Source of the DNA: a virus
Taxonomy: Duplodnaviria > Caudoviricetes
Virus record (IMG/VR): IMGVR_UViG_3300009031_000368
Location: 1 to 64,000 of that record
DNA length: 64,000 bases
Strand: one strand, 5' to 3'
In this document: one piece after another, positions 20,728-31,900 of the stretch
Layout: every line of letters starts with the position of its first letter
Numbering within the stretch: position 1 is the first letter of the stretch
Notes under the pieces: generated by a model
Told to the model about the DNA's origin: nothing
The model's database searches: none
What the model saw: only the letters and a program-made list of their open reading frames with translations
Made by a program: the position numbers and the translations under genes

Positions 20728-23700
20728 TCAGCCTTTCAACTGCCAACACATCAAGGTGGTGTTAAACCGAATTCTTGAACCATCGGCCCAAATGACGGAA
20801 TATTGATCCTCTAGATCGTCAATTGGCCAACATGATTCAATCAACATCATCAGGTCAAGGCAATATTGAAGCTGTGGCAAAAATCGTAGATCCTTTGTCG
20901 CAAGTTCAATATGTTGGAGATACCAGTAGCCGTGATAACTGGTAATTGATTTTGGCTCGGTGAATATCGTTAAATGTTGCAGTGTATCGATGGCACGTTC
21001 GGCTAGGCTTGGCGGCACTAATTCTAAGGTAGGAATTATGCTTTTCAATTCATCCGATGGAGTAATGAACCGGTACTTGAGTCTGCGCCACACATTCATC
21101 ATCTGTAATGCAATATCGCGGTATTTGGAACCATCGGGCCAAAGTGCCAGCATTTTTGCATACTCAGTATATGAGTTGACTAAACAGTTAAAGTAATAAA
21201 TCCTATACGCGATATCGTTCATGTTAAAGCTTCCTAATGGTAATGGCAAAATCCGTCATAGAAAACGACAGCGTTTTTACTCCGGCAGTTTTCTGTGTAC
21301 CGTTCAGTAGTGTCAGTATTGCGGAGATTATCTCCGGATCATCAAAGCCGATTAGTCCAACAGCATCTTCGGCTGTATCTAAATACACAGCTCCATCAGA
21401 ATCAGAATCGACCAACAGATACTTCTTTCCAGCGATTTCATTCATAGTTAATTCATCCCGTGCAATCAGTTGCATCATCTTACTTCAACGATGCCGACAA
21501 AACGATCCGACCAGTATTCGCGATTATCGCACCAGTGTTTTATCATCTCGGCTTCACCGTTAGTCAACATAACGGCCGGATAGTCGGCCCTTTCATCATT
21601 CATCAACACGCCATATCGGCGGATCTGATTGTTGCCGGCCAGGAAAACCATGTCCTGAATTTCGGCCGATACAATCTGGAACAGTGCATTGATGTAATCA
21701 AATTGACTGTCCTTCCGCATCCTGTCGAACACATCTTCGACATACTGATACGGTGTGCTGTCAGTATTGACATGACCACATGCTGGCAATACAACACGCT
21801 CAAACAAATAGTCGTACAGATGACGTGATATGTTCTTATGGAGCGTTTCAGCAATCCTGTCATACATTTTACTGTGCATCATGCCTGAATTACCTTTTCG
21901 CCATATCGTTTACCATCTGTTCAGCTTCTTCCGGCGTTTCTGGAAACATCCTGAAGCGGAAACAGCTCAACACTTGTTCAACATATTGAGGACTACGATA
22001 GACCAACAGCTCATCTTTCAGCCTGGTCCGTACATCGCCCGGCAACACAAAGATATCGGTTACGTGCAGGTTGCCATCCGACGCTATCAATGCTTCAACG
22101 AATATCTTTGCGGCAAACAGGCCCATACCGGTTAGCTGACGTACGCCAATGATGCAAGGAATTTTATTATCGCTTGTCGGCGACATACCGATTGCGGTCT
22201 TCATACGCTTTTCTCCCAAATTAACGACGAGATCGCCTGGCAAGTTCCCTGGCTGCTTTCCTTGACCGGATACGCATCTTTGCCAAGTCATCTACCACGA
22301 CTCCATCATAGCTTATGGAGTAGGAATAGGAGTAGTCGTCAAAATACCAGTCATGTTTGTTTGCATAGAAGTAAAAAAAGTTCATGTTTTGTTCTCCAAC
22401 ATTCTCAAAACAATAACATCAAGCAATGTTCACTTCAACCTTCACAGGCCGGTAATTCCTGGCCTTTTCTCCCATGAAAAACTTTGAATCAGTACCGTTG
22501 GCGATTCCAGCAGCAATTTCGGCATTCTCGAATTTTTCCCACAGAAGATTTTCATGTCCGGCCACACTTTGCCGATTGACGTAAAAGTACGGCCACTTGG
22601 CCGATGATGAATCAAGGAATACCGTGGTGGTTCCATCGGACAATTTGCCAGCGATTGCGTAATGGTTCATTTGATTCCCTTTCATTGGCGCAATTGGTTA
22701 CACATCAGTTAGCTGAGGTCTTCCGCATAAAGGTACCGGGCACCAGCTTCAAAAGCCTGCCGGTAAGCCGTGTACATGGAGAAGTTTTCCCGGTCATCCG
22801 CGTAATAATGGATGCTGTTAACAGTACACCACTGACGGAACCGCGCGACCTTCATATCGCGATCGTCATCAGACATAAACGGATACGTTTCCGGCTCACC
22901 CAGTTCAGCCTTTTTGGCACAGCTAAGAAGCTCAACGCTCTTCTTCCACTCTTCCAAGTCCTACATGAATGACATGGCGGGCTCCGTTTAAAGCGTCTCA
23001 GTGTTTAAAACTGATGACAATATAGCATGGGCGGATCGGTTTGTCAAGAGAAAATTACAAAAACCAATACCAGATTATCCTCGCTTTACAAGCTCACAGT
23101 CGAAAATGCTGGCTTCATGCCAATATCCGCCCGTTCCGGCCCACACAATGGACGGTTCCCTGCCGTTAGGGCAATCGTGTTGTGGATTTATTCCGTTTAG
23201 GTAGTGGTTGATGGTAACATTCTGCGCACGCTTGAGTACCTTGCTGTCATATGCGGGATGTGTTGATGACACAACGGTTCCCTTTTTGACACGTACCACG
23301 TCGCCATTCGCAAAGGGCAAAAGTTCATCGCTGATATGGGCGGCTTTCCTGTTTGCCATGTCAAGCCGATAGTCGGCTTCATTCTCAACGCAATATCCAT
23401 GTTCCTTAATGGCGTCAAGAATGTAGTGCAGCGTGGCAGAGATGACAAGTTGTCCATTATCATCGAGAAGATTCGCCATCATCCGACGACCATTCGACCA
23501 TGAACCACGCTTAACGTTGACGATACGCATATCGATATCCTTTCAGATTGGAGTCAGATTTAAAATCTGAATACAGGATAACACGGCGGTATTGATTTGT
23601 CAAGATGAATTTTAAATTATTTTAAGCCCGACAGCTATGAAAAACTCTTAAGCACATCGGCGAGATGTTCAAACATCTTAATTTCAACATCAAGTATAGC

Positions 23701-25525
23701 CTTCCTACGTTCAGCCTTGGCAGCTTCTCGTTTAGCTCTAGCTGTTGGTGTCCTGTAGTTTGCCCTAGCTTGCCGATTGCGTGCAATGCGCTTTTCCTCT
23801 TTTGCAAGTTCTATCTCGTACTGTCGATTAGATTCCGTTAACCTGGTATTGTTATATCTACGTTCGCAAACTACACAAGGAAGCGGAGAACCTGCATTAA
23901 ACGGTGTCATTGGAATGAAGCAGTCTTCACATGTGGGATTATCGCAATCCGGACACGACCATTCGGCCGACTGTTCGCAATGGTGACAGATTTCCATGTT
24001 TATCCTTACAGGTAGTGTGCGTTTGCCCAAAACGGTCCAAGGTGGAAGGACAGCCAGTATCCATCATAGTAATCGAGGAAGATGCCGGCCATTGGTTTCT
24101 CGTCGTAAAACTCACATCCGTAATCCCAATCCCCATGACGGATGGCCCAATACAGATGACCAAACGCCCGATACAACTTCATTTATCCTCCTATAATTAC
24201 CGTGCCATATTGGCATAGATTTAAGAATAATATATCACATCAGAAGCGAAAAGTCAAGATGAATTTATGGCGGTAATTCGGGCATGGTGCGGCAGGTAGT
24301 CAATGGTCGGTAGGTCAATATGGCACCATAACCGTTATTCATCCGGATCCGGATAGCTGTTGGACCATAACTGCCATGGTGTTTTAAATCCAAATATCCA
24401 CATGATGTAAAGCATAACGTCGTTCTCCTAGTGATTGGTTTGTGAGCTCGGTAATTAGTGAAGATCGGCATGAAGGCTGAAATACTTTAGCGGATTAGAA
24501 CGAGAAATCGTAATACTCCTGGCGGGAACCAATGACGAATACATCATGGTCGGTCTTTTGACGCAGCCACCGTCCGTCTTTCCGCTTCGTAACCACAACT
24601 TTAGGAGCATTCGGATCTGACTCAAAGTTATACTTCTGCATTTCCGACATTCCGTTACTGTCGGTTCTCGTTGCCTTGTCGCGCTGGACGATGATCTTGC
24701 GCGGAGTCAGCACTTCAACAATCGTGTATGCTTCACGGTCTGAATAACACACGTTGGTCGCGCCCATACCTGCTTCAGGAACAACGTCGCTGACACGTCG
24801 TGCCGACATTAGATTCTGCAAGCTGCCGTAACTGTTCCGCCCCTTCATGTTGACTCCAAGTTGCAATTGTGTGAATCAGCTATCAACTGTTATCAATATA
24901 ACAGCATGCCGGGAGAATGTCAAGATTATTTTGTAGATATTTAGATGTGACCAAACCGCTTCAGAAGCTGTAGATACAACTGGTAGTCGTGTTCATCCTG
25001 CTGCTTTCGTTCAAGCACGATTTGGCCCGACACCGCTTCGCGTGCCGCTTGAATTGTATCATAAAACATGCTTACGGCCAATTCAGGTTCAACAAGAAGA
25101 CAAAGCGGATGATTCTTGAACTCATACTCATCGCCGTTTTTAACAAGCCATAGGGTGACAGTTCTATCCTCAACACAAAATCCTTCAAGTTTCATTCTGG
25201 CCATAACATCGCTGCTATCGGTAACCGCATTATAAAAGTATGGATCCACATATGGCGCAAGCGCTTTAAACACAATGGCCCGAACTTCTGGAGAGATGCC
25301 GCTCAGCAGCTTTCCTATGCCGTCAACGTACCGCCGTACCACATCCATGCAGTATCCTTTCGCGGTATCAAGTTCATCCAGTGCTCGGCCCACAACCGCC
25401 TCCGCCGACTCAAGATCATTCATCCGTGCGATTACCTGTTCTGCCTTGGTCATTTCATTTATCCTCATTTCTCGAAATTTGATTTCAACTACAGACAATA
25501 TAGAGTAGTAGCCTGATAAAGTCAA
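20728..25525 (-). other. cluster of early hypothetical genes (20728-21249, 21224-21478, 21475-21882, 21890-22291, 22419-22685, 22709-22957, 23075-23530, 23635-23997, 24265-24471, 24495-24866, 24941-25525)
   Basis: co-oriented, often overlapping ORFs; promoters with -35 boxes at 23042, 23598, 24252, 24918 and 25520. Confidence 0.6.
23635..23997 (-). CDS. Cys-rich zinc-finger protein with basic coiled-coil tail
   Basis: CHHC-x7-CPDC-x4-CEDC...CVVC; ATG at 23997. Confidence 0.55.
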   Translation of the reverse strand: MEICHHCEQSAEWSCPDCDNPTCEDCFIPMTPFNAGSPLPCVVCERRYNNTRLTESNRQYEIELAKEEKRIARNRQARANYRTPTARAKREAAKAERRKAILDVEIKMFEHLADVLKSFS

Positions 25526-25613
25526 ATAGCATAGCTGCTGATTAATGTCAAGATAATTTTCATCGCATATGGTTTAAATTTCCTCTTGACTTTTCTGTAA
25601 TATGGGCTATATT
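25497..25613. promoter_or_regulatory. divergent early promoters
   Basis: minus TTGACT(25525-20)-17-TATATT plus an extra TTGACA at 25546; plus TTGACT(25586)-16-TATATT. Confidence 0.75.
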
Positions 25614-25642
25614 GTAACAGTAACCTGAACATTGAGGCGGTT

Positions 25643-27817
25643 ATGACCGTTACGGGATTTAAAACCAGGAAGGCTGAGGCATTTTCCAGATCCGAATTGA
25701 ATGGTCATCTTATTATGAGTTGGCGGATGAACGGCACAACAAAGGTTGGCCGATGTGTGAAATGCCGGAAGACGGTCAATATCCCGTATCGGGGCAAGAT
25801 TTACGGCGATTGTCTGGTTGAAACGTGTAACTGATTGCAGTATAAAATAACGTAATAGGATGTTTTATGAACTTCAACATCGATTCAGCGCGGTATTGGG
25901 AAGAGTTGGCCGACATCGGCCTTCCTTTGTCCAGTAAAGAAGTTGAGCTGGAGTATCAGGCAAAATGTATGACGCTTGCCGCCGATTACTATGCCCGAGC
26001 CGGCAAACACCGGAAAGCTATGAATTGTCGCCGCATGGCGCTAGTGGCTGCTGAACTTATCAGGGATGTCATCGATGCTCGTGCAGAGCGTCAGCATCCT
26101 GTCGGATAACGGGTATCACCGGGAAATATACCACAACCTAAAATTTCTCTTGACTTTTCTGCACAGCTGTGTTATCTTGTAGTCACGATGTTTGTTCGTC
26201 CTTTCATCCACGCAACCAATTGCACGGGAGAACTGAAATGTTAAAGATCGAGCTGATCGAACATATCACGGTAAACAGCGAGGCTGAACTTAAGGCTCAT
26301 GTCGCGGCAATGTCTGACCGGTATCCTGGTGTGGAACACTTCTGTGACGGCGATGATATCTGGTATAAGTATCTCGAGTATCCAGCGCATGTGGTGAGTG
26401 TTCCAGAAACCGGTAAGTTTGGAGTTGTTCGGTACATCAATCATATAATCCTTTCGGCCGGCAGTAGAATGTGAGGATAATTCTAATGGGAATGCAAGAT
26501 GTTATCGCGGCGGTAAAAGCGGCTGCATGTGGTGAGAAGTCGGTTTCTCAACTTCACCGTGACATCATCTGTAACGGTATCCGGTACCGCTCAATGGTCA
26601 TGGCTACCAGGTCGGCACTTCGTGTTTGCCGGTACACGCTACCTGGCGACGTGGAATCCGGCAAGTGGTGGAACAGGTATGATGAGCTTCGTTCTGCCGA
26701 ACAACGACAGCGAAACGTCATCATGGATCAGCTGTTCCAGCTCTATGAAGGGTTGGATGATCCCAATGCCAAGCAGGCTATCATTGTCGCTGCGTCCAGG
26801 TTTCGCGGCGAGCATTATCTGAAGCGTCCGGGACAGTTTAAAGCTGAAATGCGCCGGGCGCTATGGAAGTTCTACGTGCAGAAAGTGAAGTTCGGCAAAG
26901 ACAATGCCTTTATGGCGTCATGCGGGTTGTAAGGAGAATTTTGATATGGGTAAGTTTTATGACCTTCGAGAATTTTTGCTGTTAAAGGATCCAGATCGGG
27001 ACAATGTGTCGATTCATTGCGGCGAGCCACTTTCACGGAATTCAATCGCAGAAGATCTTGTCAACAGGTACGATATTGCCAAGCGTTCATGGGAAACGTA
27101 TGGCGATAAAGGACCGCCGATTGGATCCAGGATAATCACGCTTAGATCTGGATTCGGTGGATCGGCTGGCGTGGTGCTGACGCTTTCCAGTTATTATGAT
27201 GGCGATCACTTCGTGGCGGTAGACGGTTCCGGCAGAAAGTTTTTAGTCCGACGCAATATGTGGTGGATCGATATCAGGTTGGCATAACGATGGAAGAAAA
27301 CGAGAATTTCATACACGATAAGTATGGATATTGTTTTTATGTCATTCCTCCCGGGAAAACACCTACAGTATACAACCTGTATGTTGAGCCGCAGTATCGA
27401 CGACGCGGCCATGCCGGTAGATTGCTGCGATATGTCATAAATGAAATCAGGGCAACAGGCTATACAGGACGGATTGAAGCTGAAGCTGTTCCTCGTGAGA
27501 ATAGTATTAACTTGGAACATCTTGTTTCGTTTTATAATAGAATTGGCCTAGATGTCATTTAAGGGATGATTATGAAGGTTTACATTTACCATTGTGGCAT
27601 GGGTAAAGTTACTGACGGCCCGTTCGATGTTGAACAGGCTATCGAAACGTTGAAAGATCTGTGTGGTGAAACTGCCGCACCTGAAGCCATCAATGGCTAC
27701 ATTGTAGTTACAATCAACAAGGATGGCGTGGTTTGTCCGCTCAAGGCATTAGGTGGTGGATTCGTAACCGGGCAACGTATTCATTCAAATCCGTCATATG
27801 TTTATTATCCAGCCTAA
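25643..27817 (+). other. plus-strand early operon(s) (25643-25834, 25867-26109, 26238-26474, 26471-26932, 26904-27287, 27290-27562, 27566-27817)
   Basis: co-oriented ORFs; internal promoter TTGACT(26150)-17-TATCTT. Confidence 0.6.
27290..27562 (+). CDS. GNAT-family acetyltransferase
   Basis: VYNLYVEPQYRRRGHAGRLL acetyl-CoA motif A; LVSFYNRIG motif B. Confidence 0.8.
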   Translation: MEENENFIHDKYGYCFYVIPPGKTPTVYNLYVEPQYRRRGHAGRLLRYVINEIRATGYTGRIEAEAVPRENSINLEHLVSFYNRIGLDVI

Positions 27818-28938
27818 ATAACCTTTACCTGAAACTCATATCCTGACTTCTGCCCAAGTATCCCATTCAACATTTCAGCTATCTGTTTCCTGGCTGATTG
27901 TATCTGTTCTGCACTTCCAATTATTGAGTTTTGTTGTAACACATATCGGATCGTTACATTAACTGATGGTGTAACGGTGTCAACCGATAGTCTGACTATT
28001 TTCAGCATTCCGGCCACTGTGCCATTATGATCGGCCAGCCGGATTCTTGCACCAACCTTCAACCGGCTGAAATCATCAACTACCGGCATGACGTGTTGTG
28101 GCGGATTAACAAACACGCCTTCACGGAATAGACTCATCGACAACTGCTTCCATCCATCTATTATCCTGATATTGTAACCAGCAATCGCCGACTTAAACCG
28201 CTCAGCAAGAGCCGCTTCGACACCACCAAACTGACTTGACATGATGTCCAGAAGTTGACGATACGTTAATCCATATATTTTGACATCTGACAATGGTGCA
28301 GTCATGATGGCCGTGATGGGAAGTCCGATCGAAGGGTCATCGGCACCATTACTCTTACCAGATGTAGCCTCAACGATATCTGTCACGTAACGGCCAGGCA
28401 TTGTGATGATTTCTTGCTGTTTGAGGAACTGAGACACCATAACCGGTAACTGTGATTCATCGATCAACATTTCATCAGGAGTGAACCGCCTCGATATGAC
28501 AACCCGGTGGGCATCAAGGTCTACTCCGAGTCTTCTTGACAATACGTTGTTGGTGAATTGCCTGGCGACATTTATGTTTCGTGTCCAACTGGTAGGGAGC
28601 TTCTGATTAACGGTTAACTGCTTTGCACCATCATGTATTGCTTTGAGTAAGTCGCTATGTTGTTCAGCAATAAACATACCTCGAAACAATAAGATAGGCT
28701 TCGATGGGACAATCTGTAACTGCTTGATGAATTCAAGGACTTGTATTGACGGCTTTACCGTTGTTTCGCCCGAGAAGTAACCATCTAACCACTTGGTTGA
28801 GCGTCGCAACAATTTATCATCATTTAACCCGGACGAACGGGCTGCTTGCTTGAAAAACGTAATGGGATCTACGTTTCTTGAGGCGTGGTAGATGGTTTCA
28901 GATATTGAATCGCGGAGAATGGCTGACAGGTGTTGCAT
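27814..28938 (-). CDS. R-S-E-type ADP-ribosyltransferase-like protein with leader
   Basis: LLFRG, PTSWTRNINVARQF and QQEII motifs; N-terminus MQHLSAILRDSISE|T. Confidence 0.6.
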   Translation of the reverse strand: MQHLSAILRDSISETIYHASRNVDPITFFKQAARSSGLNDDKLLRRSTKWLDGYFSGETTVKPSIQVLEFIKQLQIVPSKPILLFRGMFIAEQHSDLLKAIHDGAKQLTVNQKLPTSWTRNINVARQFTNNVLSRRLGVDLDAHRVVISRRFTPDEMLIDESQLPVMVSQFLKQQEIITMPGRYVTDIVEATSGKSNGADDPSIGLPITAIMTAPLSDVKIYGLTYRQLLDIMSSQFGGVEAALAERFKSAIAGYNIRIIDGWKQLSMSLFREGVFVNPPQHVMPVVDDFSRLKVGARIRLADHNGTVAGMLKIVRLSVDTVTPSVNVTIRYVLQQNSIIGSAEQIQSARKQIAEMLNGILGQKSGYEFQVKVI

Positions 28939-28989
28939 GGTAATTGTTCCATCTGTTGTGTTTGATGAAACAATTATATTGATGACAAT

Positions 28990-31900
28990 TTATGAAACAT
29001 TTTCGTATTTTGATTTAAGTGCGGCCAACAGCTTTAATTCTTTCTCCCTTTCCATATCCTCAATTTCTTTCACGATTTTCCTTTCCGCATCTTTTATTCT
29101 GGCCAGTGTCTCGTTGACGGCCTGATCGACGTTGGTAAGAATCGATAGCGGATGGCCCTTGAACCGGCAATATAGATATTGTCCTTCTCCGTTGTAATGC
29201 CTCATGATGATGGTAATGCTATCCTGCCTGACGTGAAAATCCCGGCATTGGTCTGTCGATGAAAGACCTTTAATACCAACCGCATGCATAACCTGATATC
29301 GATATTCTGTCTCCGGGATTGCTTTCAGTACACGTTCAACATAAAGACACACGTTGTCCATATAGAGAGACTTTTCCAAGTCTAGCTGTCTTTCGGCTTG
29401 CAGCATTATTTCATCGCATCTCTTCCTAGCATCCTTCCATGCCAGGTATGCATCAATAATCTGATTTGCCGCGTTACCATCAGTAGTCATTTGAAACTCC
29501 AATCTTTAACCCCAGGTAAGCCAAACAGAAAAGTCATGCTGGATGCAACATGGCACCGTCGTTTCATCGCCGATGATTTTAAAGTGGCAGATCACACATT
29601 CAATAAACATAACTACATCCTACATCAGTCTACCTGTTTTGAGCTTTGATTAACGATAAACGTCAACAGCGTACCACCGTAGCCATTAATGATGGCTTCA
29701 CACTCATCCTGGTTCGGAAGCCTATACACGATACCCTTACTCACACAATACGCGCTACCATCCTCTGCCAGCAGAACCATTGAATCATTATTCATCGCTA
29801 CATTGATCCACTTATTCATAACATGTATCCTCGTTAAACTTCATTGATCCAGTGTTTAAACGGGCCGACTCGTCGCGGAATCAATCCACGCTCCATCAAC
29901 GCGCCAACAGCCCGAATTGTTTTGTAGAAAGACTGCAATTGTTGTACTGAAAATTCTATCGGTGTTCCATCTTCATTATACGGGTTATCGGGAAATCCAT
30001 CGGTGCCGTGAATGAACCATTCAACGAATCTTGAAGCGTACCAGTGTTCCTCCTTCTGACTGAAGGCTTCATGTCCGCACCGGTTGACAAGCCGAGCTTT
30101 AAGTAAAACGGGAAGTTGATTCCAGTGTCGGACATGTCGGTTGATCTTTTTATTACCGTGTCTCGATATGTTGAAGGTATTCATGACAGAAGTCATACAG
30201 AAGCTCCTAGAACTTTACACTTACAAGCTAATACTGACCACAGCTCGCCGTTGTCAATCATAATCAAAAGCCCGAAATCCAAATCCGTCATGCTACCATC
30301 TGGATCCGTCACGACGCCAACAGCTACAACGACACCAGTTGTTACTACTATACATCTCTCATGTGTGAAATCAGTATGCGAATGAACCTCAACACTTTTA
30401 CCAATCAATGGACTATTCATCGTTACTCCTCCTATTTGACCATGCATATGATGAAACTTGCAATACGATGTGTTTCCGTGTCCAACATCAGTTTAACCAT
30501 TGATGGATCCGTACACTCACATTTCCACTGCTGGTCTTTGACACGGAACCGAGACATGATTTTGAAACCCGTCTGGCTCAAATTCCTGTTAATAACCGTT
30601 ACCGTGTAACAGCCGTCATAGCTGTCAAAACACACTGATACCATCATGATGTTTCCAATACATGTTTGGAATGTCATGAGCAGTGTTTTTGTCCCATCGA
30701 TCAAACAGGAGCACTGCGGTATGTGTCGCTCAACGGTTCCAGCAATCTCTTCCAAGATGCTGCCGACTGGAGTTACTACAAAATCATTTTCGACGATGTG
30801 ATTTATCATACCTGTACCATGTTTTGTCAATCTCTTGCACGAGATGATATCATGACTTGCCAGAATATCAATGTAAAATTAAATCAGTACGAAACCTTCC
30901 ATCCACGTTGAACGGCTGTCCAATAACGGACTACCTGAATGGCGGTAAGATTGCTGAGCCGTTGCATTTCGGCATCCATTCTGCTCATCTCCCAGGCTCG
31001 CCGGTAGTCGTACCTGGACATCATGTTTTCCGCTGCATCCATTTCCCATGACCAACCTTCCGGATCAGGCTGACTATATGTTTTCCACGCTTCATCAACC
31101 TTCCTGGCGGCAAGCTCACTCAACATACCATCCAACAGCTCTTCTCCTTCAACCGTTCCGGTATTGCGGCAATGATAGCATGCGTCAACGACTAACCGGC
31201 CGCGCTCTTCAGTGTCAACATCATCCCTGTTTTCTCCACAACCGTTGCATCGCGGGCAAACGATGACGTCTGGCAGCTTTACGGTTGAGCCTTCAATGAT
31301 AATTTCATAACCGCCATACTGAACTGATTCGCTGCGCATCATCGATATTCTCCAGCCGGAATGTTCAATCAAAACATCTGATATCAATATACGGCAATAT
31401 GATGGGAATGTCAAGAGGAATTTTTAGCTATTTTCCGCGAAGGAGCTTAAAGAGCTGAAGGCAAGCCCGACAATCCGCCGCATCGGGATCCGCCGTCTTC
31501 AGGTATATCGGATTGCTGTTGCAAATAACGTGCCCATGGATGGTAAGATGAGTCCGATAACTTCTGGTTGAATTACGTCGACAGTTGCGGCAGCGATCAT
31601 TGTAGGCTTCATGTTGACGGCATGGCACGTTCATGACATCATCCTTTCAGTATAGTGAATCAATCTGGCCGTTAGCGATATAGTCGACCACATTGCCATC
31701 CGGTGATTGGTACCGGCCTTCAAAACCTTGAAATACCCTACCGCACAAAATCACGCGGCCATCAGGCAGCACTTCGGCGCTATGCTTTTCAACACCGTAT
31801 ACTCCGTTTGGCGCATACTGGCTGGCAAGTCGTCGTTCCAGCTTGAACTTTGCCGCTTCATTGATTGCATCCTCTTCACTCCGATACGGGCCGGTGTAAT

